A stretch of DNA of 64,000 nt from Candidatus Sulfomarinibacteraceae bacterium (lineage in GTDB: Bacteria; Acidobacteriota; Thermoanaerobaculia; Thermoanaerobaculales; Sulfomarinibacteraceae): NCBI GenBank assembly GCA_963796455.1, contig CAWCLO010000001.1, positions 736,001 through 800,000 of the forward strand, in the 5' to 3' direction. Positions 8,453 through 16,906 of the stretch are shown here, piece by piece. A program made the position numbers and the translations under genes. Position 1 is the stretch's first letter. The number at the start of each line of letters is the position of its first letter. A model generated the notes under the pieces. The model searched no databases. It was not told the DNA's origin and was given only the letters and a program-made list of their open reading frames with translations.

Positions 8453-10705
8453 CTAGAACCGATCCCCGATGGCAAAGTAGAAGCGATCGCGATTGCCGTC
8501 GGCCCGGCCGTAGGAGAATATGATCGGCCCAAGAAAGGTCTCGCCGCCGACGAAAACGCTGCCGCCTTTGATCATGCTGCCCCACGAAGTGCTTTCGTCG
8601 AGGAAGTAGGTGTTGCCCGCTTCCAGGCTGAACCCGGCGAAGAACCTGACAGTCGCCCCGGCCATATCGAGGCTGAAAAGATTTCGATAGGCGGCAAGCC
8701 TCGCAAAGGCCAACTTTTCGCCGAAAAGCTCATTCGTTCCAAGCCCCGAGAGCCGCCCCAGACCGCCGAGAAAAAAGGCGTCGAAAAAAGACTCGATCGA
8801 CTTCAGGTTTTCGCCATACTCGAGATGCGGTTGCACGGTGTTCTTGCCGAAGGTCCAGGCATAGGTCGCCTCGGCCCAGATCCGTTCGAAATCGGTTTCG
8901 GCACCGAGAGCTTCGGATGACCTGCTGTAGACCAAATTGACCAAAGCGCCATGCTGCGGAAAGGCCACCGAATCCTCGGTGTCGATCGAGAAACTCGCTT
9001 TTCCACCACCGGTCTTCTCGCTGACGGACCCAAACTCCGGCAGGCCGATCCGCGGCGACCCGCGGTTGCTACCTGTAAATGCCGCAACCCGCAATTCGCC
9101 CCACTTTCCGAGGACCCGGCCAGCGGCAACCCGAAGATCGAGAGACTGAAACTCATATTCGGCGAAGGCCTGTCCATCCAACCAGATTTCCTGAGTTCCC
9201 CGGTTGTAGCTGAACGAGGGCTCGACAAACCACTGCATGCCCCAATCGAGAGGCTGGTAGAACTCGGTCGCGAATTCTGCAACAGTCCCGAATTGAATCA
9301 CGGTTTCCCATTCGCCTCCGCGCCGGTTCGCGGGAAGATACTGGTGGCGCGCGATCAAGTGATAGCCCGCACCGCCATTGAAATCGTCGATGACGCCGAG
9401 ACCGAACTGGAGCGATCCACGTCCGGTCTGTGGAGGCGGTAGCTGGATGACAAGCTCCTTGACCTCGGGTTCGATCTCTTCGAGCTTGAAACCGATGACA
9501 CCGAAGTAGCGGGTGTTGTACAAACCCAGCAGATCACCGATGAAAGAGGCATGATCGAGGTTCTCGGGTGGATCGAATTTCAGCGCCTTGCGCACCAATC
9601 GGTCATCCACCAGAGTCTCGTTTTCGAGTCGAATTCGATCCACTTCGACGGGCTCGCCCGGGTTGGCCCGAGGACGTTGAGTGAAGGTCTTCCAACGCTG
9701 CGGACCGGCTGCATCGCTCCGAAGCTCGTCGATCTGGAGACGGGCAGCCGCCTCTCCGATTGCGATTGCATCTTCCGCCCGGTCGAAGCTGACAAAGGAA
9801 ATATCGCCGAGATCGGGCACGATCAAAACGTCCCGCGGGCCCAGGAGATCCGTATCGCGGTCAACGTTTCCGGCCGTCAACAGGGAATTCAGTTGGGACA
9901 GAACACCCATGAAATTTTTGTTCGCCGCCTCGTCCTCGTCGACGAGCGGGCTCGAAATGTCGACGGCGATGATCTTTCCGGCCCCAAGACTTCGGGCGAT
10001 ACCGACCGGCAGATTCGCGGCAATGCCGCCGTCGACAAGATTGAGGCCGTCGATCTCGACCGGCGGGAGCGCTCCGGGGACCGACATGCTCGCCCGAATC
10101 GCGGTTGCGAGGCTGCCGGAATCGAGGACCACGGCGCCTCCGGTCGCGATATCGGCTGCCACCGCACGGAACGGAATCGGCAGATCGTCAAAATTCTCGG
10201 TCGCGGGCGATAGGGCTTCGATAAGGTGCAACAACAGCTCCAACCGCTGGCCCTCGACGACCCCCGAGGGGAGCACCGGTTTCAGGCCTTCAAAATGCAA
10301 ACGGGCCTGAATGACGATCGGTCGATCATCCTGTTTGCGTCGAAACGACCGATCTTGACGATCGAGACGATCGGTGAAGATCGTTTCCCAATCGATCTCG
10401 TGGACCAGGGCCTCGATCTCGTCTGGCGACCACCCAGCTGCATAGAGCCCACCGACAACCGAGCCCATGCTGGTCCCGACGATGAGGTCGGGGGCAATCT
10501 CCAGCTCCTCGATCACCCGAAGCACCCCGATGTGGGCGAAACCGCGTGCGCCGCCTCCCGACAAAACCAGCACGAGCTCGGGTTTATCGACCACCTTCTC
10601 CTGCCCGGCGACAGGCAGCGCCAGCAAAAGAAAAAGACCTACAACGACGGCATACCCGAATCGGCTGGATCTCACGACGCCTCCCCAATGGAACTCTCTA
10701 TTCAA
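8453..10705 (-). CDS. Patatin-like phospholipase fused to an Omp85-type barrel (PlpD-like)
   Basis: GGGARG, GTSMG and DGG patatin motifs; C-terminal barrel ending in F. Start uncertain. Confidence 0.88.
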   Translation of the reverse strand: MNREFHWGGVVRSSRFGYAVVVGLFLLLALPVAGQEKVVDKPELVLVLSGGGARGFAHIGVLRVIEELEIAPDLIVGTSMGSVVGGLYAAGWSPDEIEALVHEIDWETIFTDRLDRQDRSFRRKQDDRPIVIQARLHFEGLKPVLPSGVVEGQRLELLLHLIEALSPATENFDDLPIPFRAVAADIATGGAVVLDSGSLATAIRASMSVPGALPPVEIDGLNLVDGGIAANLPVGIARSLGAGKIIAVDISSPLVDEDEAANKNFMGVLSQLNSLLTAGNVDRDTDLLGPRDVLIVPDLGDISFVSFDRAEDAIAIGEAAARLQIDELRSDAAGPQRWKTFTQRPRANPGEPVEVDRIRLENETLVDDRLVRKALKFDPPENLDHASFIGDLLGLYNTRYFGVIGFKLEEIEPEVKELVIQLPPPQTGRGSLQFGLGVIDDFNGGAGYHLIARHQYLPANRRGGEWETVIQFGTVAEFATEFYQPLDWGMQWFVEPSFSYNRGTQEIWLDGQAFAEYEFQSLDLRVAAGRVLGKWGELRVAAFTGSNRGSPRIGLPEFGSVSEKTGGGKASFSIDTEDSVAFPQHGALVNLVYSRSSEALGAETDFERIWAEATYAWTFGKNTVQPHLEYGENLKSIESFFDAFFLGGLGRLSGLGTNELFGEKLAFARLAAYRNLFSLDMAGATVRFFAGFSLEAGNTYFLDESTSWGSMIKGGSVFVGGETFLGPIIFSYGRADGNRDRFYFAIGDRF

Positions 10706-10877
10706 TCTGGTTGAGATTCTATAGGAGAATCGAGAGGCCGAATGAAATTAAGCGTCACCGTGATGGCAAGAAAAAATGAAACACATTCGCGTCAACCTGA
10801 ACGGCAAGGGCGCCATCAACAACTTCGCGCCCGGTTGCGGGATCCCGCTCGAACCGCACGACGCCCTCGAGCTCTTT

Positions 10878-11432
10878 TTATTGCCCCGTCAGAAGCTCGA
10901 TGACCTCGGAGTGTCCGTTCTGCCGGGCAAAGCTCAAAGCAGTGTCGCCGTCCTTGTCTTCGAGATCCTTGTCCGCGCCGTGTTCGAGAAGGACGCGCAC
11001 CACATCGACCTGACCCTCCGCGGCCGCGGTCATCAAAGCGGTGAAGCCCTCGAGCGTGCCCTGAATATCGACTTCGGCGCCATTCTTCAGCAGATAGTCC
11101 ACGGTCCCCGGGAAGGGACCGCTCGAGGCGTACAACAATGGGGTTCTCCCGTTGATGTCCTTGGTGTTTATTACCGCACCGTGCTCATGGAGGAAGGCAA
11201 CCACTGCGCTGTGGCCGTTGAAGGCCGCAAACATCACCGGTGTGCGGTAGTCGCTATCAGCTACGTCGACATCCACTCCCGCAGCCACAATTCGTTCGAC
11301 CTCGTCCAGCTGCCCGTCGTGGGCCGCCTGCATCAGGGCCAGCTCCTCGGGGGCAAGTTTCAAGGGGGTCTGCGCAGACAGAGAGAATGCCGCCAGCATG
11401 ATCAGAACGATTGGAACCACAGGTGATTTCAT
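10878..11432 (-). CDS. Secreted ankyrin-repeat protein
   Basis: Repeated TPL/TAL...AA..G motifs; signal peptide after ATG at 11432. Confidence 0.9.
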   Translation of the reverse strand: MKSPVVPIVLIMLAAFSLSAQTPLKLAPEELALMQAAHDGQLDEVERIVAAGVDVDVADSDYRTPVMFAAFNGHSAVVAFLHEHGAVINTKDINGRTPLLYASSGPFPGTVDYLLKNGAEVDIQGTLEGFTALMTAAAEGQVDVVRVLLEHGADKDLEDKDGDTALSFARQNGHSEVIELLTGQ

Positions 11433-11619
11433 GGCCACACTGTAGCGGAGTTTGATTGACCCGGGTTGCCCAACGGCAACGAAATCGAGTGAATTCAGGA
11501 AGTCTCCTCTCCGCAACGAGGACGACACCCATGGTCTGATCCTCGCCACCGACCGGCCTGTCGCCTTCAGACCGGGGCCGTTTTTTCGTTGGTGTCGTTG
11601 CTACAATGCGCGGTTCAAG

Positions 11620-12375
11620 ATGATCACGATTTCCGATCTGTGCTTCCGCTACCCCGAGGGTGAATTCGAACTCAACGTCCCTTCGCTGGAAATCCATGCC
11701 GGCGAGAAGGTCGCGGTGATCGGTCCATCCGGTTCGGGCAAGACCACCCTCCTCCACCTGATGGCAGGGGTCCGGCTGCCGCAGGAGGGTTCGGTGGTAA
11801 CCGATGAGGTCGAGGTCACCGCCCTTCCCGATGGTGAGCGGCGCGACTTCCGGATTCGGCGGATCGGGATGGTCTTCCAGGAGTTCGAGTTGCTCGAGTA
11901 TCTGACCGTGCTCGACAACATCATCCTCCCCTACCGGATCAACGGCTCGTTGAAGCTCGATCGCTCAGTGCGGGACCGGGCGGCGGCGCTTGCCGATCAG
12001 GTGGGGATCGCCGACAAGCTGAATCGGCTTTCGACCCGGTTGTCGCATGGCGAGAAGCAGCGGGTCGCGGTCTGCAGGGCTCTGGTCGCCGAACCGGTTC
12101 TTCTGCTTGCCGACGAACCCACCGGCAATCTCGATCCGACCAACACGACGAGGGTGCTCGACATCCTGCTCGACGCTGCCGAAGCCACCGGCGCGACCTT
12201 GGTAACGGTCACCCACGACCACGACCTCCTCCCCCGCTTCGACCGCAACCTCGACGTCATGGATCTCATAAGCGTTTCGGAGGAGTCGGACACCTACCCT
12301 TCACCGGCCGCACAAAACGCATATAGCCCGCAGATCACGCAGATTGACGCAGATAGAGGAAAGAAAAATGATTGA
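11620..12375 (+). CDS. ABC transporter ATP-binding protein (LolD/MacB-like)
   Basis: GPSGSGKT, LSHGEKQR, LLADEPTGNLD, VTHD. The C-terminus runs into the adjacent inverted repeat. Confidence 0.93.
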   Translation: MITISDLCFRYPEGEFELNVPSLEIHAGEKVAVIGPSGSGKTTLLHLMAGVRLPQEGSVVTDEVEVTALPDGERRDFRIRRIGMVFQEFELLEYLTVLDNIILPYRINGSLKLDRSVRDRAAALADQVGIADKLNRLSTRLSHGEKQRVAVCRALVAEPVLLLADEPTGNLDPTNTTRVLDILLDAAEATGATLVTVTHDHDLLPRFDRNLDVMDLISVSEESDTYPSPAAQNAYSPQITQIDADRGKKND

Positions 12376-12794
12376 CGACTTTCCTCTCAAGGAAGAGACG
12401 TATCAGATTTTGGGCGCATGCTTCGAGGTTTATAACGAAATGGGTTGTGGGTTTCTTGAACCTGTATACCAAGAGTGTCTGGAAATCGAGTTGCGGACGC
12501 AGGGAATCCCTTTCGCCAGCCAGGTTGTTCTGGAGGTCGATACAAAGGTCGAACGCTGAACAAAAAGTACCAGCCCGATCTCATTTGTTTCGAATCCGTC
12601 ATTGTTGAATTGAAGTCCGTATCAGCTCTCGCTATGGAACATGAGGCCCAGCTCCTCAACTACATGAACGCAGGCTGTTTTGAGGTGGGTTTGCTCGTTA
12701 ATTTCGGTCACTACCCAAAGCTCGAGTACACCAGGCTCGTAAACCAAAATAAAAAACATCTGCGTCAATCTGCGTCATCTGCGGGCAATATGCG
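12318..12794 (+). mobile_element. Putative GxxExxY element 1 (37-bp terminal inverted repeats)
   Basis: 12318-12354 CGCATATAGCCCGCAGATCACGCAGATTGACGCAGAT is the reverse complement of 12758-12794 with 2 mismatches. Confidence 0.7.
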
Positions 12795-12798
12795 ATGA
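12368..12798 (+). CDS. GxxExxY protein (PD-(D/E)XK-like), frameshifted near 12540
   Basis: GFLEPVY in one frame; PDL...IVELK...QLLNY...GLLVNF in the next. Confidence 0.9.
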
Positions 12799-13976
12799 GG
12801 GATGTCCTCTTTCTCGCGTGGCGGTATTTGGCGCATAACCGGGTGAAGACGGCGGTGCTGGTGGGGTCGATCATGTTGATCGTCTATCTGCCGGTGGCGC
12901 TGCGGGTGCTGGTGCAGCAGTCGGCCGAGCAGTTGACATCGCGAGCCGAGGCGACGCCTTTGTTGGTCGGGGCCAAGGGCAGTCCGCTGGAGCTTGCACT
13001 TTCATCCCTCTACTTCGAGTCCGACACCCCCGAACTCACGACCTACGCCGATGCCGGACGCATCGCCGCCACCGGTCTGGCCGACGCCATCCCACTCTAC
13101 GTCCGTTTCAGGGTCCGGCAGCAACCCATCGTCGGCACCTCGCTCGAGTATTTCGACTTCCGCGGCCTGACCTTTGCAGATGGTCGCAAAATGGCGATGT
13201 TGGGAGAGTGCGTGCTCGGTGCCCGAGCCGCCGAGGTGCTCGAGGTGGGCGTCGGCGACACCGTGATCTCGTCGCCCGAAAGCGTCTTCGACATCGCAGG
13301 TGTCTATCCGCTCAAGATGAAGGTGGTCGGTGTGCTCGATCGCACCTACACCGCCGATGATGCGGCGGTCTTTGTAGACCTCAAGACCGCCTGGATCATC
13401 CAGGGGCTGGTCCACGGGCACCAGGACATGGCCGCACCTGAGGCGGCCACCGGCGTACTCTCCCGGGAAGGTGACAAGATCGTCGCCAACGCCTCGGTCA
13501 TCCAGTACACCGAGATCACCGAAGACAATATCGACAGCTTCCACTTCCACGGTTCGACCGCCGGCTATCCGATCTCGGCGGTTATCGCCGTGCCTCACGA
13601 TCAAAAGAGCGGCACCATTCTCATGGGCCGGTTCGAGGCACCCGATGAACCGGCCCAGATTCTCAAACCCACGTCGGTGATCGACGAACTGCTCGGCACC
13701 ATCTTCACGGTGCAGAACTTTGTCGTCGCGGGAATGCTGCTGGTGGGCCTGGCTGCGCTCGCGACCGCTGTTCTGGTTTTCGTTCTTTCGCTGCGTTTGC
13801 GAAAACGCGAGATCGAAACCATGGCCAGGATCGGCGGATCAAAGGCGCGGGTCGCGGGCGTGCTGGTCACGGAAGTGGCGGTCGTGGTTTTGATGAGCGT
13901 GGTCCTCGCAGGGATCCTGACCTTGCTGACAGCAAGGTTCGCACCCGCCGCCGTCCGACTCTTTTTGTTGCAGTGA
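12795..13976 (+). CDS. FtsX/MacB-type ABC permease
   Basis: N-terminal TM, large periplasmic domain, C-terminal TMs with RKREI...IGGS; His motifs HGHQD and FHFHG. Confidence 0.85.
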   Translation: MRDVLFLAWRYLAHNRVKTAVLVGSIMLIVYLPVALRVLVQQSAEQLTSRAEATPLLVGAKGSPLELALSSLYFESDTPELTTYADAGRIAATGLADAIPLYVRFRVRQQPIVGTSLEYFDFRGLTFADGRKMAMLGECVLGARAAEVLEVGVGDTVISSPESVFDIAGVYPLKMKVVGVLDRTYTADDAAVFVDLKTAWIIQGLVHGHQDMAAPEAATGVLSREGDKIVANASVIQYTEITEDNIDSFHFHGSTAGYPISAVIAVPHDQKSGTILMGRFEAPDEPAQILKPTSVIDELLGTIFTVQNFVVAGMLLVGLAALATAVLVFVLSLRLRKREIETMARIGGSKARVAGVLVTEVAVVVLMSVVLAGILTLLTARFAPAAVRLFLLQ

Positions 13977-14077
13977 AGGAGGTGACGTAGAGTGCTGAAG
14001 GGAATGACGATTTCGGATTCGCTCCCCTCGTCGGGTAGACCTTCACAAAAGGTGATGGTCTGTTGAGCGCAACATTA

Positions 14078-14535
14078 TTGAACCGCAAAGAACGCAAAGA
14101 CCGCGAAGAAGGTTTTTAAGGTTGGATATCGAAGACATTGGCGAGCGCGTCGTTGATTCGGCACTCAAAATTCATCGAGCTTTGGGACCCGGCCTTTTGG
14201 AGTCTGCCTACCAGAAGTGTCTTGAATACGAACTTCGAAAGGCCGGATTCCGGGTTCAGTGCGAGGTCGTAATACCCATCGACTACGAAGACATCAAGAT
14301 CGACGCAGGGTACCGAATAGACATGCTGGTTGAGGATTTGGTCCTGATCGAAAACAAAACTGTTGACCAACTCCTGGCAATCCACACGGCTCAAATATTG
14401 ACCTATCTCAAGATGAAAGACCTTCGGCTCGGCTTTCTGATCAACTGGAACGTCAAACTCATCAAAGATGGCATCCACAGGTTCGTCAATAACTTATGAA
14501 AAATCTTTGCGTTCTTTGCGTTCTTTGCGGTTCAA
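14078..14535 (+). mobile_element. Putative GxxExxY element 2 (32-bp terminal inverted repeats)
   Basis: 14078-14109 TTGAACCGCAAAGAACGCAAAGACCGCGAAGA versus 14504-14535, 2 mismatches; 9-bp unit CGCAAAGAA x3. Confidence 0.7.
14122..14499 (+). CDS. GxxExxY protein (PD-(D/E)XK-like), intact
   Basis: LGPGLLESAY, YRIDMLVE..VLIENK, QILTY and GFLINW motifs. Confidence 0.93.
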   Translation: MDIEDIGERVVDSALKIHRALGPGLLESAYQKCLEYELRKAGFRVQCEVVIPIDYEDIKIDAGYRIDMLVEDLVLIENKTVDQLLAIHTAQILTYLKMKDLRLGFLINWNVKLIKDGIHRFVNNL

Positions 14536-14603
14536 AAGAAAATCCCCGGACCATTCAGAATGTTGGTCACAGCAGTGAACGCGCCAAATCGAGGAGGCAC
14601 CGG

Positions 14604-15530
14604 ATGCGCATGTTTTCAGCACTCGTCGTAACAATCGTCATAGGTCTAGTTGGGTGCGGTGGCGGGGGACCGGCGGCGGATCAGCCGACCGAAGCCCCTG
14701 AACCAGTCGACAAACTGATTGTCTACACGGTCAATTATCCACTGGCGTATTTTGCGGAGCGGGTCGGGGGCGATCTGGTGGAGGTTCATTTCCCGGCGCC
14801 CTCGGAGGGAGACCCTGCGATGTGGTCGCCCGACGCGGACACGATCGCCACCTACCAGGTTGCCGATCTGATCCTGGTCAATGGTGCCGGGTACGCCAAA
14901 TGGGTGGAGCGCGCCACTCTGCCGTCGGCGAAGTTGGTCGACACTACGGCTGGTGCTGCGGATCGGCTCCTCGAACTCGAAAGCCAGGTCACCCACAGCC
15001 ATGGGCCCGAGGGGGAGCACGAGCACGCCGGCTGGGCCTTCACCACCTGGATGGACCCGACGATCGCAGTTGAACAGGCCCGCGCAGTTGCCGATGCCAT
15101 CGCCTCGCGTCGTCCCGATCAGGCGTCGGAAATCATGCAACGCTTTGCTGAGCTCGAGAACGACCTGCTCGATCTCGACCGTCGTCTCGAGGCCGCCGCT
15201 CAGTCGATCGGCGACTCGCCACTCGTTTTCTCCCATCCGGTCTACCAGTACCTCATCGCCCGCTACGGTCTCAAAGGTGAAGAGATCCACTGGGAACCCG
15301 ACGTCGTGCCCACCGGTCACGATTGGGAGCATCTCGATGAGCTGCTGGCCGGCCATCCCGCCCAATGGATGGTCTGGGAGGCCGAACCGCTGGACGACTC
15401 TGTGGCCGCTCTCCACGAAAGGGCCATCGACAGCATCGTCTTCGATCCCTGCGGCAACCGACCCGATAACGGCGATTTCATGAGCGTGATGACGGAAAAT
15501 GCCGAAGCGTTGGAGCGCATCGCACAGTAG
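14604..15530 (+). CDS. ZnuA-like metal ABC substrate-binding lipoprotein
   Basis: RBS GAGGAGG, lipobox LVGC, His-rich loop THSHGPEGEHEH, WMDP, SHPVYQY. Confidence 0.88.
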   Translation: MRMFSALVVTIVIGLVGCGGGGPAADQPTEAPEPVDKLIVYTVNYPLAYFAERVGGDLVEVHFPAPSEGDPAMWSPDADTIATYQVADLILVNGAGYAKWVERATLPSAKLVDTTAGAADRLLELESQVTHSHGPEGEHEHAGWAFTTWMDPTIAVEQARAVADAIASRRPDQASEIMQRFAELENDLLDLDRRLEAAAQSIGDSPLVFSHPVYQYLIARYGLKGEEIHWEPDVVPTGHDWEHLDELLAGHPAQWMVWEAEPLDDSVAALHERAIDSIVFDPCGNRPDNGDFMSVMTENAEALERIAQ

Positions 15531-15578
15531 AGGGAGCAGGTTGGCTTCAGCAGACCCGTACGCTCATCCTCCATCTCA

Positions 15579-15653
15579 AAACCGCAGATAGCGCAGAGGG
15601 ACGCTGATAATCAAGGGCCCGCTATCCGCGTTTATCCGCGTGATCTGCGGTTT
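15579..15653. repeat. Gene-less copy of the element-1-type inverted repeat pair
   Basis: AAACCGCAGATAGCGCAGAGGGACGCTGATA ... TATCCGCGTTTATCCGCGTGATCTGCGGTTT, 13-bp spacer. Confidence 0.75.
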
Positions 15654-15678
15654 CTCCGACAGTGGGTTTTCAGGCAGC

Positions 15679-16755
15679 CTACACCCAACGATAGATGATC
15701 GAATTCACATTCATCCCGGCGCCGACGGAGGCGATGATGACGGTGTCTCCAGGCTCGACATTTTGACCGTCCATCTCGCCGCGCGACACCAGATCGATCA
15801 AGGTCGGCACGGTGGCGACCGATGAGTTGCCGAGCCACGAAATGGTCATCGGCATGATCCCGTCGGGGATCTCGCTGACTCCGTAGAGTTTGAAAAGACG
15901 CTTCAAAATAGCTTCGTCCATCTTGGCATTGGCCTGATGAATGAAGAGCTTTTTGACGTGTTCGAGACCGACTCCGGCTTTGTCGAGACTCTTCTTGACG
16001 ACACCCGGCACGTTGGTCAACGCATAGTTGTACAGTTTTCGGCCGAACATCTTGAGGTACAGGGACTCGTCGCTCGACCCCTCTTCGTATGTCTGGCCCA
16101 TCCACATCAGGCTGGCATGCTCGATCGTGTCCGACCGCGCTGCGTGGGACAGGATCCCGATCTCCTCGTCAGTCTCGCGCCCTTCGAGAATGGTAGCGCC
16201 GGCGCCGTCGGAGTAGATCATGCTGTCACGATCGTGGGGGTCGGAGATTCGCGAGAGGGTCTCGCCACCGATGACCAAGGCCCTCTTCGCATCACCTGAG
16301 CGGAGATAATAATCAGCCTGGATCACGCCCTGGACCCAACCGGGGCAACCAAAGGGCAAGTCATACGCGATGCACTCGGGATTCTCGATCTTCAGATTCT
16401 GTTTGACCCTTGCAGCAAGAGTGGGGCAAAAATCGCTGCGACGATTCCCGGCGACCACATCGCCAAAGTTGTGGGCGAAGATGACGTAGTCGAGGCTTTC
16501 GCCGTCAATGCCTGCGGTTTCGATCGCATTCTGAGCGGCGATCGTCCCCAGATCAGAAGCCACCTGGTCGTCCTCGGCGTATCGCCTCTCGCCGATTTCG
16601 GTAATCTCCTGAAACTTGCTGACGGTTTTCTCGTTGTCAGCAAGATCGATGGGTTGTCCGTAATCCATGAAGAACCGGTTTTTCAAGAAATCGCCGGTAG
16701 CGACCTTCTGGGTCGGAATGCATCTTCCTGTTCCGATGATGACGCTGCGTCGCAT
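15679..16755 (-). CDS. fabH: 3-oxoacyl-ACP synthase III
   Basis: Catalytic FGCPG, HQAN and GNSSVA; DGAGA; VGAG. Confidence 0.92.
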   Translation of the reverse strand: MRRSVIIGTGRCIPTQKVATGDFLKNRFFMDYGQPIDLADNEKTVSKFQEITEIGERRYAEDDQVASDLGTIAAQNAIETAGIDGESLDYVIFAHNFGDVVAGNRRSDFCPTLAARVKQNLKIENPECIAYDLPFGCPGWVQGVIQADYYLRSGDAKRALVIGGETLSRISDPHDRDSMIYSDGAGATILEGRETDEEIGILSHAARSDTIEHASLMWMGQTYEEGSSDESLYLKMFGRKLYNYALTNVPGVVKKSLDKAGVGLEHVKKLFIHQANAKMDEAILKRLFKLYGVSEIPDGIMPMTISWLGNSSVATVPTLIDLVSRGEMDGQNVEPGDTVIIASVGAGMNVNSIIYRWV

Positions 16756-16906
16756 CACTCCTCCTCGCAAAGACCACCCCATTCGAAAATTTCAACGCCG
16801 GGGCAAGCCGACAGGGTACACCTTCCAGGGCCTGCGTCAACGATCGAGGCGCCAGACTCGCGGTGAAAGCAGGTCAAAACCAGCTTCGCTGCGCTAGGAT
16901 GCATCG

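Noticed and set aside
10736..10877. Possible small gene or fragment (KHIRVNLNGKGAINNFAPGCG...)
   Set aside because: No recognisable family, and the ORF runs antisense through the ankyrin gene, so it cannot be supported.
12530..12560. Programmed frameshift in GxxExxY gene 1
   Set aside because: No slippery sequence at the break and the paralog is continuous; an error or mutation is more plausible.
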